A stretch of 64,000 bases of DNA from Felis catus (GCF_018350175.1 NC_058368.1:156738001-156802000), one strand, 5' to 3'; counted from the stretch's first letter, positions 14,410 to 27,370 are shown. A program made the numbers and translations. The notes: generated by a model from the letters alone, not told the origin.

Positions 14410-17400
14410 AATAGACTTTGTTTTATGCAGAATCCCAGATGACATATTGAACAGAATTTAAAGAGGAATCTACCCTTAAACCTATGTTTGTTTCTGCACT
14501 CCTAATTCCCAGCAGAAGGTCATCAGGCCTTTGTTACCCCTTCCCATTGTCTGGCAATACCATTAGGCAATGATGAGTACATGCTGGTCAGGGAAGATGG
14601 TTAACATGGATATAGCGACAGCAACTCTCTGACATCTCCATCTTTCCTTTATGCCAAATTCAGGAAAAGAAAAGACTAAAACATCATGGGCTGAATGCAT
14701 ATGAACAGGGGATGATTATTGATGAAAGACATAAATCAGGGAAAAACATAGTAATTGAAAAGAGAATTTTAAAAATGGAGGTAGGTTTTCAAAGTCATAC
14801 TGATAAAAGATTCCTTGGGTCTCTCTTTAGAGATGGGCTTTCTGCTTCCAGTGCACATCTAATGTACTTCCATATCCATTTCCACAAACCCTCTTCAAGT
14901 TTGTTTTTAGTAACATTTACTGAATGCTTTCTTTGTGGAAGATGCTGCGTTTAATGATTGGCACCCACTGTTTCATTTGAAACTCATGACAGCACCAGGA
15001 GGCAGTTTTATGGCAATTATCACTTGATACATTAGGACACTGAGTCACACAGAGGCGAACATGCTTCAGGTTGAACAGCTTAAAATGAGAGGCAGAGAGT
15101 AGGGCTTCAACTACAGGGAGACTCCAGAACCTATGCAGTTCCTCACTGTGCTAACCCTGTTTCTGAGGAACAATATGAGGTTGAGAGAAGTTATGTTACT
15201 TACCCCAGCCAGTGGTTAGCAAATTCTGACTAAAAATGGGAAGTAAAGAAATCAATAGACATGAGACTTGGATTCCAGAATGACCATTTCCCCGAGTTTG
15301 ACCAATGAATGGGGATTGGTCACAGCATTGATTCAGTATTTCTTTATAATAATTGATTTTTTTCCAGCCTCTGACATGTTTATTGACTAAAACTTCACTC
15401 TAGCAACATTTTAGAGAATCCATGTGTAGCGTTTATGATTTTTATTGAAGGGGACATATTTTGATGGAAAACTCTAGATACTAGAAAACCTATCATGGTT
15501 AATGTCTTGATGTACTTGAACAAGACAACCTTCCTCAAGTGGAAATCATAGTGAAGTGAAATGGAGGGCAGTTTATGGAAGAATAGCTGCAATTGACAAA
15601 CACAGTCAACTAGAAACGACATTGATGTCATTCTGACTTTTAACTCTTGGTTGGTAACCATCTCTGGGTCGGTGGTATCCTTATCTTTAGGCTCAGAGCA
15701 GCATCCAGTCCAGCTGAAGCTGTAAGAAAAAAGAGCTTCACAGTTCCTTCCCCTGCTCAGATTCAGCTTCCTTTACAGAGGTGATAAAAATCTATAAGCA
15801 GCAGGAACAAGATTAAGTGTCTGATATTTTGATCTCATCCAAGAGTTCCCTCAGCATAAGATGGGCCAAAAGAACTGAACAGCCCCCACAGATTCTTCTG
15901 GCATCTGCATTATTTAATTTCAGTAATTACAAATTCTCTCAAAGCCAGAAAAATCCACCCACAGGCAAATAATTCCAATATGCACTGCAAATGATGATGA
16001 TTGTCAAGACAATGTTACCTCATTATTTCTGGGTCCAGGAATTGATCTTTTAAAAAGAACTTTCCTTGCATAATTTTTAAAACAAGTTTCCCCAACATTC
16101 ATAAGAAATGAGCTCTCTTGGAGATGAGGAAAGAAGATGTGTGTCAGCGTGATCCTGTGGAATATGACTGCCCTGGGAAAGCCAACCCTCTCACCCTCCA
16201 CACCAGAGATCAAGGATCTTATAATTTTCATTTATGTGTCTATTCCCACTTCATTGAACTCTCTCTCTCATGTGAAGTCTTTTTTTGTTATAACAAACTC
16301 ATCAGTGGTGCTGATATGGCCGTTCATTCTTTTAAAGAAAGTCTAAGCTGCAGGATTCCCAACTTCTCTGCCCAAATCAGAAGGTTATTCATTACCACAT
16401 AAGTTAATTCCAGAAGAAGCTTCACTTTTGAAGACAGGACACAAGAAAACATTCATTGAACTTGTATTTTTAAGAGAAGATAAAACAGATTTTTGGTGAA
16501 GGATGTTCACTCATAACCACCTCATTTTTTACATAGGCTATTATCCCTACAGCCTTCTAAATTGTAACCCACGGACAGTTGTTATGTTGGCCCAATTATA
16601 ACAAGGCAAATAACTCCACAGCCAGCCTACCCCAGACATTCTAATCTTCCAGTAGGAGACAGGAAGATGGAGGTGCAAGGAAGACTGGTAACAGCAAAAC
16701 ATCACAGTGGATCAAATTGTGTAAACATCTACTTCTGCACTAAACGTAAAAATAATTCCTATTCAAATTACAACACATGTCTTAAGATCTAATTATTAAA
16801 AATTTAGAGCCTCCTAACAGCTATTTGTACACACACGTACTTTACATGGTACAGGGTTCACTAGAGAACCCACTACAAATGGAATTGACAGTGAAGCAAA
16901 ACTGATGCCAGTTTATGAGAATAACTGCAATGGCCAAACACAATCCACTAAACATGACACTAATGCTACACGAATACTAATACTCAACCCAGAAATCTGT
17001 GAAGACTCTGTGTGTACACAACAGGCGCTAGGCAATGCTGTCATATACATACATAAAAATCAATATCACTGGGCTCTAAGAACAAAAACAACAGTCTGGT
17101 ATCTTAGATAAGTTCTCAGTCCGTGAGGAGAATGTTCAGGGCCCATCAGTGTTTCTATAAACTCTACTCAGAGAAACTCTGAGGTAGAGCCATATACAAA
17201 GGCCCATAGGACTACCAATATGACATGTAAGAATGAAATGTGGAACCAACCATGAAACGTTCCTCTAAAATGTGACAAGACATTTTAAACCAACAGGCAG
17301 CCCTCTTATAAGATGGTGAAATTTTACAGAGTTAATAAAATTGAGCAAAAGATTCAATGATGTTGTTAATGGGTTGAGATGATGAAATTGAGTAGGACCA

Positions 17401-17619
17401 CGTTAGAAAAGATTTTTACAGTTGCTATTGAAATAGCTGACCAGTGAAGAGTTATATGTTTTGAATCCTAATCCAACTTATATTGCATAACATCCCTGAA
17501 TACACTACAATTTTTTTCTACTCAAAAATCGTCAATGCTTCTGCATTTTCTACAAAATAAGAGAATACATTTTTTTGCCAAGTCATTTGAAATTTATATA
17601 AAATGGACTTAAATTTGAA

Positions 17620-18620
17620 AATATCATCTATTAAAAATGAATTCAAGAAGAACTAGAAAATCTGGACATTACTAAAACTGTTTAAGAAATGCTATCAATA
17701 ATTAATATCTTCTTATATCTAAGAAACCACTGCAGAGTTACACATTATTCCAGTGTATAAAAAATGATCAGTTATTTATTGGAAGTCAATACCTTAATAA
17801 CCAAATTTAACAAGAGGATTATAAGAAAGGACCAAAACTGGTCAATTTTACTCACGAATATCCATGCAAAAGTTCCAAATAAAATATTAACAAACTGAAT
17901 ACAGCAAAGTATATAAAGGATAAAAGATGATGATCAATATGGGTCTTTTAATTTTTTTTTAAATGTTTATTTATTTTTTGAGAAAGACAGAGACAGAATG
18001 TGAGTGGGTTAGGGGCAGAGAGAAAGGGAGACACAGAATCCAAAGCAGGCTCCAGGCTCCGAGCTGCCAGCACAGAGCCCGACGCAGGGCTAGATCTCAG
18101 GAGCTGTGAGATCATGACCTGATCTGAAGTCAGATGCTCAACTGACTGAGACACCCAGGTGCCCGAATATGGGTATATCTCATGAATTTGAAGCTGGGTT
18201 ACCATCAGAAAATCATGATATAATTAAAAGCAAAATTTACGTAATCGTCTCAAAAGATTTGGAAGAGCATTTTATAAAATTTAAAACTATTAATTTTTAA
18301 AACCATTGCAGCAAGTCACCAATAGAAGAGAGCTCTCTGAATCTCATAAAAGTAATTAACAAATATCATTGTACTCTATGGTAAAACATGAAATCTTCCC
18401 TTTTGAGATGAAGAAAAAGTCAGGATACTCACTATCATCACTTCAACATTTTACTAAAGGTACTGACCAGAGCAGTAAGAGTAAAAACGAAATACAAAAT
18501 ATATGATTTAGAAAAGATGAAATAAAATGTACAATACTCATAGATTGTCTCCCCTATACAGTCTTTATTGTTTCTACAGAAAATTCAAAAGGATGTAGAA
18601 ATAAACATTAAAATTAAGAA
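17620..18620 (+). mobile_element. Ancient L1 ORF2 reverse-transcriptase fragment (pseudogenised), interrupted by a SINE
   Basis: Degenerate match to L1 RT coding motifs: ISLMNIDAKILNKILAN-like (ttactcacgaatatccatgcaaaagttccaaataaaatattaacaaac), FPLRSG/QGCPLS-like (ttcccttttgagatgaagaaaaagtcaggatactcactatc), FNIVLEVLARAIR-like (ttcaacattttactaaaggtactgaccagagcagtaaga). Confidence 0.85.
17946..18164 (-). mobile_element. CAN-SINE inserted in the L1 fragment
   Basis: Reverse-complement SINE body; TSD aatatgggt at 17936-17944 and 18166-18174. Confidence 0.95.
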
Positions 18621-19089
18621 CATGATGAAAAATAGTTACACAAAAATAAAATAAGATATATTTGCTATGAAGCTTCAGAATATATTTACATGTATTTTCA
18701 AATATTTTACACCTACGTTTTGCTAGAATAAACGTTAAACAATTTCTTAGCCTCGATTAAAAAATAAATCATTAATTTACTTTTTCCATAACTTCTCTTA
18801 TGACAGGGTAAAAAGAGGCAATTACTCTATTGTATTAAATTTATTATTATTCTATTCAAGTCAAATTAAGTGAATTATATGGTCAACAAGAGTAAGTTTC
18901 TCAAAGACAGAAAGCAGTTCTTAGGTAGGTTTGCCCTAAGAAATATCCAATGAGAGACAATGGATTTAATGCAGAGCAAAAAGAGAGAAAAATATGGATA
19001 GAACAAGAAAAACATTTAATTCTCAGGGACAGTAAATGCAGGAACTAGGCCACAGTTATTTTCAAAAAGGAAGCAAAAATAAAAGAAAA

Positions 19090-19430
19090 TAAAACAATAA
19101 ACAGGGGGTCTGGTCTAACGTGTCCACAGCCCCCATGGGAGGTGGCGGTTTTATAGGCCCTTGCAGATTTACGGGTTAATCTTCTATAGTGTCCAGCACT
19201 CTGGGGACACGTGCAGAGCGGTGAATATTTCAAAAGTTCAACTGGCAGATCAGACAGAATCTGTTTTCTACTTAGTGCACCTCTCTTTCCTTTGCTGTTT
19301 CCAGCAGCTTTCCGGGTGTCAGTTTGTATTATTATGGTTTTCACAACTGGGTCAAAAAATAAAACTTCTCTGTTAATTAAACACTGAGCTAACACGCTTT
19401 GGCGATCATTCCTGTTCATAAATTTATGTT
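19090..19430. promoter_or_regulatory. Putative enhancer (posterior HOX/CDX-type motif cluster)
   Basis: Unique sequence retaining about 8 CpGs; CAATAAA, TTTTATAGG, AGATTTACGG, CACGTG, TTAATTAA, CATAAATTTATG. Confidence 0.4.
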
Positions 19431-22400
19431 GACTGTTTTTGCCTGTCCTCTCCAATCTTACAATGCAGGCTCTGCAACAAGAATTATAAAGATTTTACAT
19501 AGTATTTGCATGAAAGAACACGATTTTAATATCAATAGTAGCATTTTATAGCTAAAAGCAAATGAGACTTAGAAGATCCTGAGAAACTAGCAGGTAACTT
19601 ATCTTTTTTTTCCTCCCTTCCAGAGACACTGTGAAACAACAGAACAGTCTGTGCTACATACATAATTAAAACAGATGTTCCCAATCTTAATTTTCATAGC
19701 TAATTTTGACAGCAAAAGAAACGCTCCTGTCTTTTGTATAGTCACCTATTTTCTCTCAAATGTGTCCTATTTCATCGCCCACTGTGATTGCTCAGAAAGA
19801 AAGGGGTGATGTGATGGAAGCTATAAATGCAATAGCAAGAGCTCTGCTATATTATTGGGAGGCACAGTGAATGGGAGCAGGTCTAACAGAAATTGACCAT
19901 ACAGTCATTCAAAGTCCACATAGTCTAAGCATTTGTATGCACTAACTTTGCAGATCACAGTTTTCACTGGCTTTGTGTGGTCTTCCATGACAGAACCTTA
20001 GAAACCACAAAGAGAGGAGAGAACTGTCTTCCTGTTCTTTGTGGTGGCGCTTGTCATTTTCACACCCATGTCAAGGCACTCTCTGATTGGCACCTAAGTT
20101 CTCTTCTTACACATCTGCCTACACCAGATCTGTGAAAGGCCTACTAGGCTGCAGCCCTGAGCCAGCTCTGCCCTCAGGACACTCTAAATCCCAGCTTAGC
20201 TTCTTCCTGAGGAGGGGATGGGACTGGAACACCATCTGATGGAGGTGCTCCTGTCTTCTGCTGCCTCCTGACCATTAGGTCTGCTTCCTCTCTTCTAGGG
20301 CCCTTCTCCCCTGCCAGGGAGGGAGTGGGAATACTCCAGTTCTGCAGGACAGATTGGGGAACACCTATAGGGAACGCCAAGCCTCCCAACATCCATGGTA
20401 ACTCTGGTTACTTCATAATTACACTTGGATCCTTTGACAATGAATTCAAACATAGCCCACTGCCAGCCTGCTATAGTTGATGTGTTCTCTCTCCTCAGGA
20501 AAGCCCCGTGTGAAATGATCCAATCTAAGCCCTGCTACTGGCTCCTTTCTGGTGCAAATTGTCCTGGATTGCCATGGCCGAGGGAGCAACACTCTGGGTC
20601 CTTACCAATTGCACAAGACTCTGGCTACGTTCAAGGCAGAATCATCAGGGCAGTTGGCTGTGGCTCGGTGAATTCATGCAGCATTAGACCTCCCCACCCC
20701 CATTGCCCAGGAGTAATGCATAAGTAGGAACCACAAAATCTAAGGGGCAAAAGATAGCTCATTCTGATCTGAACGATGAACTGCATTGAAGCACTGTGAT
20801 CTGCTTAAGGTGGTTTAAGGGGAGGGGGAACAGGCTGACATCGCTCACTGGGAAGATGGTAATGTCTTGGCTCAGGGAAGGTTCATAGGGTTGGGGTTCC
20901 AGCAGATGGACCTTCTTCCAAGGAGATGAGGCAGGGAATCATAAACAAGCCGAATGGACTGGAATACAGAGCAAGGGAGGGAAGGGTGCTTAACTCTGCA
21001 GAGAAATGTTAAACAAAGCTAGATACTCATAGATCAGGAAACAGAATCGATCTGAGTCTCCTGAATAACTTTTGTGCCAAATACTATGTTGGGTACTTCA
21101 CATATGTTTTCTCTAATCCTCACAAACTTTTAAGCAACAGGGAAATAAAAATTAACTAGTGATCTAGTCTCAGCTTAAAAGTGACTTTCTCAGAGTAGAC
21201 TTCCCTGAGCCCATTATCTAAATTAACTTCCCCTATTATACTCTCTATTATCTTCTCCTTCATCTAATGTCACTCAGTAAAGCTTATAATTTGATATTCA
21301 TGAGAGTGATTAAAGCTCCTTGTTAGCATACATTGTGTTCATTTTATCTGCTAAATGTGTCCCCACAGTTTCTAGCACATGGGCTCTTAAAAAATATTTT
21401 TGCACATTTGAATACATGGAAAGGAACTCACTGAAGCAACCAGTGAATTGCACGTGAGCTACAGAGGCCCTTGTTGGTTCAAAGTTTCACCCTACGGAAT
21501 TGTGGTCACTGCAGACACTAATGTATCTAAAAATCAGAATGACATTCATCATCACAAGAAAGACATTGCCTTAAATAAAATTTAAAATTTAAAATTTAAA
21601 ATTTAACATTCACTAGGTTTTTATTAAAATAATACAATTCATCCCTCCTATGATTGCCAGATTTTACTTCTCTGTGGGACCTCCAAGAAGAAAAAGAATA
21701 GACAGAAATATGCACCCGTCAAAGTCCATCTATTTGTACTCTTTTTAATTTTAATAGATCCATGAGAAAAATAAGTCTTGCTTTAGAGTAAATACGTTTA
21801 ACTGATATACAAGCTTCTTCACTACTGGACATTATCAGAGACTCTAATGTGAGACTACGCCTTACAAGTCTCCTCTCTGTGTGGAGGAGTGGGGGACAGT
21901 CAGGGGTGGGTTGGCATATTGATACTAAACATATAGTCCTGGAGGCACCAATGGACTCCATTCCCCTCCCCATGAATAGAACAGAGTTTGACAAGATGCT
22001 CTTGTGTTCTGATAAAATCAGTATCAAGAAGCATTTGATCAGTTCTGCAGTACATTAAATCCTACCTTCCTAACCCTAGTTCGATAAACCCTGAACAAAT
22101 TATACAAGGCTGAGGAAATAGAAACAAGAGCTTGTGAACAAGAGTCCCATCAATCACTGTGCTGTCAAATTTACCCTGCATAGTACAGGCTTTTCAATTT
22201 TTGCCCAAGACTGTCTCACATAAATTGATCACTCCACAGGCCACTAGACGAGAATATGCTTGAATTGTAGTAACTTGAAAGGGGCTGGGAACTGATGAGG
22301 TGGAAATATTGGCAGCACGAGAGGATCCACATTATACTCCACATCTGACCTGCGTTACCTAGGTAGTACCAAAGAAGGTACTTTTATTCTCTTTTTAGGA

Positions 22401-23379
22401 GCAGGAAACTGAAGCCCAGAGATGTCACATAATGTTCTCAGGGTCATATCATATGTCTGGATTCAAACCCAAGTCTTCTAGCTCCAGCTGTTTTCATTGG
22501 ATGTATGAGAGACTCTTTCTCAAGTCCTCTTCCACATGCCCTTTCTGCTCCTCAGTACAGCTTGTCACACTACCCCATGTCATACCACAGTTCACAAGAC
22601 CTTCTTTTACCAGCCCACCCATGCTGTACAGCTGAACCATCATCCTTTTCAGGGAGTTCAACAATCTCCACACCAGAGGGCCTCTTATTTCTCCCATTGT
22701 CTTGGCAGAGGAAGGCCAAGCTCACATTGTGGCACTTGCCAAAGTTATTTTTGGTTGTTCAGCAGAATCTCAGCTTCCTCACCTCATCCATTTCCTCTTC
22801 AACCAGATTCATGTCTCAACTTCCTTCTGCTGCTCAGGCATGGTTGGGAGCCTTTGGCTCAGGATTGAGGACATCCATTCTTGCCTGCATTTGTGATTGT
22901 TATCCTCTAACACCTCCCTCCTACCCCTCCAACCTCACTGAGTATAGAGTGGGGAAGTGGCTGATCACAGCCCTGACTAGATTCACAGTACAGGGTATTC
23001 TGTGAGTTCTCCTACAAAGATCCTTCATTCCCCTCTGTTTCCCCAAATGGTTACTCTCATGCTCAAAAGTTTTCCCCAAGTACCCTGTTGGTCCTGGGAA
23101 AGCTCTACCAGTTGATGAGGGTCTCTCTGGTGTTTTGTTTTGTTTTGTTCCACTAGGGAGGTGCTCAGTTGCAAAGAATGTCTGATGGCTGCAAAGTTAT
23201 GAAGAAGCTGACAATGCAATGAGTTGGGAGCATCCTAGACATGACACAAAGTTGGAGATGAAGAGGAAAAATGAAGAAAAAACAAGAATTCATGTGCACC
23301 CTTTCCGGGTTTCCTGCCATGACTGTCAGCATCATCAAGCCAGACACCTGGACACTTCTCGCTCACTTATGGTCAGCCG

Positions 23380-24110
23380 CCAAATACTAGATGGAGCGGA
23401 TCTAGACCAAATCTGTAACACCCATCCTTCCCATTCCACTCCCCTATTACTGCCTTTGTTGCCCTTGTTGTTTTTTGCCCAGACTGATGTAAGAACCTCC
23501 AAATGGGTTTCCCTGGCTTTGAAATCATTCCTCTCAAACCTTCCTCCTCAAAGCCTACAAAATGCCAATTACAACATTTCCCTCCTTGAAATGCTTCTTT
23601 GGTGTCTCAAGCTGTCTCAGCTTAGAATGGACATTGCCATCCCTTGAGTGCTTTTCTCCAGATTTACATTCTTGAGCTCGACCCATAACTTAATCAATCA
23701 GAATCGCTTGGGCATCAGGCCTGGGTACACACAGTTTGAAAAAGATTTCTGGTAAATGTGATGCATCATTTAGTTGAATAATCACTACCCTTTAAGGTGA
23801 AGGCCAAGTTCTGTAGCATGGCATTGAAAGACCTTTATGAACTGACTTGTATTGACCTGTCTCACCAGCTGTTCCCCTCTATTCACCTTAGACTCCAAAA
23901 ATACTGTCTTTTGTTTTTTAACACCAGTTAAAAACTGTTGTGAACTGTTGTGCTAAGCCATGCCTCTGTACCTGTGTTCTTATCCACCTGGAAAATGACA
24001 GCACCTCCTTCTAGATCCAGCTTAAGGAGCATTTCTATGAAATCTTTTCCACCTCCCACTCTGGAATTTCATAACTCCCTGCCTTGAGCTTCCATGGTTT
24101 CTTGATCAAA
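23380..24110 (+). mobile_element. L2 fragment interrupted by a MER5-type hAT relic (~23645-23790)
   Basis: L2 motifs (aacctccaaatgggtttccctggct; agcatggcattgaaagacctttatgaactgac) flank MER5-like aatcagaatcgcttggg...gaaaaagatttctggtaaatgtgatgca. Confidence 0.6.
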
Positions 24111-24817
24111 CCAGTTCAGAAATACGGTATTTTAGATGGTTCTGGTAGTACTGAATGAGGTAAAAATCTCAAAGTCAAAATTACCTTAAAAATTGCTTAA
24201 ATCACTCATAAAGTAGGCGGTTTGCTCTAAACAAACACAGTAATATGTGTGTATATGTATATATATATATACATATACACACACACATAGAATATAATTA
24301 TTCAGTACTACTGTTTAAACACTAGTTTCACTCAGTACTGTGCTCACATTATGGGCTTGTAGGGGCAGAGATACCCCCAACCTACCCTCTTTTAGGACAT
24401 TTGATCACCGAGGGGAATGTTTATCTGTGTTTCTTAAGCGTGTTCCATGATAGGAGCAAGTAATATTTTGCAAATGGGCTTGTTTGAGAAAAGTGGGTTA
24501 GAGGATGTTAAACAAATCCCCCCTTTAAAGCTCCTAAAGTACATGCCTTTTGCCTCCAGTGTCAATATGCAATACGGGAACACAATATATCACAGTTCCC
24601 AAAGTTATTTGATTATAGAATGCCATTTTCACAGAACCGGCATTCCAAAAAATACTCTGGAAAACAATCTGCCTCCCTCATGCCTCACTGAAGTTGCAAA
24701 TGAGAAGCCAAATGAGACACCATTTTTCTGGTTCTTTTCCAAAGAGCAGGAGGGCAGACCACATTACCTGGTTTCTAGGCCATTTTCTAAAGGGACCTCC
24801 CTGCGTGGAGGAGCACC

Positions 24818-24831
24818 CTGCCCCCTTGAGG
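24818..24831 (-). promoter_or_regulatory. CTCF-like motif
   Basis: Minus strand CCTCAAGGGGGCAG versus consensus CCASYAGRKGGCRS (2 mismatches). Confidence 0.35.
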
Positions 24832-25109
24832 GTGCTGCTTGGTTGTGGTCATGCCGCTTCTCCACGAGCAACCAAAAGAGGGGCAATGGGGCTGGAACTT
24901 CCAATGCATTACCAAGTTTAATGACAAAAGTGTAGTCATTAGGACAGCCATTGGTTAGTAATTGTTGCCACTTATTTGGTAAAATGATTCCAATAAATAA
25001 GTATGCTGTTTACTCACACAATAGTTTGCAACAATGAAGTTTTCTGACAGTTTGATGTAGGCATTTGTTTTGAGATCTGGAAAGTTGGACGGTGCGGAAA
25101 AGTACAACC

Positions 25110-25210
25110 AGTCTTAAGTGTGCACAAGTTGTTAAGTGTGGACCGATCCCTGTAATTACAAGTGCCTCTGCAGTGTCAAGTGAATAAAGATAAACTCTTT
25201 GGTGTCAGGA
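25110..25210. promoter_or_regulatory. Putative enhancer (NKX2/GATA/T-box motif cluster)
   Basis: TTAAGTG x2, ACAAGTG, TCAAGTG, AGATAA and GGTGTCA within about 95 bp. Confidence 0.45.
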
Positions 25211-25352
25211 AAAGCTTCTGTGTAGACTCTGTGCTTAAAATATGCCCTTCCAAAAAATATGGTAAAAAACTGTTTAGTGGTCAAAAGGAAATTAGGCCAA
25301 ATTTAAACTGATTTATGCTGTGCAAAATTAACATTCTAATAATAGAAGTGCA

Positions 25353-25567
25353 GGGGCACCTAGGTGGCTCAATTAAGCGTGCCACTTCGGCTTAGATCAT
25401 GATCTCACAGTTTTGTGGGCTCGAGCCCCGAATCAGGCTCTGTGCTGACAGCTCAGAGCCTGGACCCTGCTTTGGATTCTGTGTCTCTCTCTGTCTCTGC
25501 CTTTCCCCTGCTCGCACTCTGTCTCTGTCTCTCAAAAATAAATGAACATTCAAATTTTTTTTTAAAA
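25353..25567 (+). mobile_element. CAN-SINE
   Basis: ggggcacctaggtggctc head, ctcagagcctgga body, CT-rich region, tail. Confidence 0.95.
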
Positions 25568-25917
25568 GGACGTACAAATCCCATGTACTATTTGACTACT
25601 AACTTCAGATAATGATGCTCTCATTGACTAGTGCAGTAAAAAGACTGCAGAGTTGCATGTTAGGAACCCCATGCCCAGCTCAGCTCTGTCAGGTGCTGGA
25701 TGTATATAACCTTGGAAAAGTCATTTAATTTGCCTGTGCCAGAATATTTTTCATTTGCAAAATGAGAGAGTTGAGATAGTTGATTTCTAAGGCATCTTTT
25801 GATTACAAAATTTTGTGAATATGAATGACATGTTACTTGGATAAAGGGAGAAATCATAGAAATTTAGAGATGGTACAATACTTTGAACCACTTTGATACG
25901 CTGAACTATACTTTTTA

Positions 25918-26148
25918 TTTTATTTTATTACTATTATTTTTCAAATGTTTATTTATTTTTGAGACAGAGAGAGACAGAGCATGAACGGGGCAGGAGCAGA
26001 GAGAGAGAGGGAGACACAGAATCTGAAGTAGGCTCCAGGCTCTGAGCTGTAAGCACAGAGCCTGATGCAGGGCTTGAACTCACGGACCATGAGATCGTGA
26101 CCTGAGCCGAAGTCGGACGCTTAACCGACTGAGCCACCCAGGAGCCCC
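25918..26148 (-). mobile_element. CAN-SINE
   Basis: 16-bp TSD tgaactatacttttta at 25902-25917 and 26149-26164. Confidence 0.96.
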
Positions 26149-26187
26149 TGAACTATACTTTTTAAATAAAACTGATGTTTAGATTTT

Positions 26188-26304
26188 TGCTCTACAACTG
26201 GCACAGAGTTCAACTCAGGGATTGAACCTACCACAACCCTGACATCAAGATCTGAGCTGAGATGGAGTCAGACACTTAAGTGACTGATCCACTCAGGCGC
26301 CCCC
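26188..26304 (-). mobile_element. Short CAN-SINE variant lacking the CT-rich region
   Basis: Minus strand ggggcgcctgagtggatcagtc...gtagagcaaaaa; TSD tgatgtttag(a/g)tttt. Confidence 0.85.
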
Positions 26305-26886
26305 TGATGTTTAGGTTTTAGTTAACTTTCTCCTTATGTTTTGTTTAAAAATATAATTAAAAGAGCAAAATATAATGGTAATCTCTTCTGAAAACATACA
26401 AAAATAAGAGACACAATGAATGAGAAAGAGTTCAAGGTATGATGAGAAAAATATTTTAACACAGCAAACATAGTTTTCAGGCCTTAGTTGATTTCTGAAA
26501 AAATTTATGTTAGTGTCTGATACATAAAAACCATTCAAATGGGGAGTCTGCCCTTCGTTGTAAAGCACCTGCCATGTTAGGAGCCAAAGAACAGGACTGC
26601 TTTTCCAAAAGATTTGTTTCCATTGTCTAAAACTTACATATTTTGACCCTAAAAGTTGTGTGATCAAGTATTTTTACAGGAAAATTTTGTTCTTTTCTTC
26701 CTGGGAAAGCTTGAAACAATGATCACTTCAATAACTTCTCCTAAAAGTAACTATAAGAAGTCATATTCCTGTCGACATTAGCGGCTTCCTGATAGTAATC
26801 TGCATACTTTTGGAATTGCAGTGTACTTTTCAAACACTTTTGAACATTCATATATAGTGTAACTTATCAAATACTTAACAGAGGCA

Positions 26887-27107
26887 GGGCTGCCCGGGTG
26901 TCTCAATTGGTTAAGCATCAGACTTTGGCACAAGTCATGATCTCCCTTTTCATGAGTATGAGCCCAGCATTGGGTTCTGTGCTGACAGCTCAGAGCCTGG
27001 AGCCTGCTTTGGATTCTGTGTCTCCCTCACTCTCTGCTCCTCCCCTGTTCACACTCTTATTCTCTCATTCTCTCTCTCAAATAAATGAAAACATTAAAAA
27101 TATTTAA
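26887..27107 (+). mobile_element. CAN-SINE
   Basis: SINE body gctgacagctcagagcctggagcctgctttggattctgtgtctccc and A-rich tail. Confidence 0.94.
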
Positions 27108-27370
27108 GAGAGATAATAAAGTTACAAAGTCTCCTTTTGTCTGGCGTATTTTTTGTGGCAATTTACACATTTAGAAAGTATGCATTTGCCATGAGGCATT
27201 AATTCATTTATGTACCATCCATCCATATATCTATTTATAGCATGAACATTTCTCAAACTCTAGGCATGAACTTAGCAGAAGTTTTTCATCCACTTTGGCT
27301 AGATAAACTTGGAATTAATTGTTTCAGAATTGATTTGAAAATAAAGTAACTACTGATTTGAAAATGAAAA

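Noticed and set aside
22505..23647. 166-aa and 142-aa plus-strand ORFs
   Set aside because: Low-complexity S/L-rich translations overlapping MIR/L2-like decayed sequence; no exon structure or homology seen.
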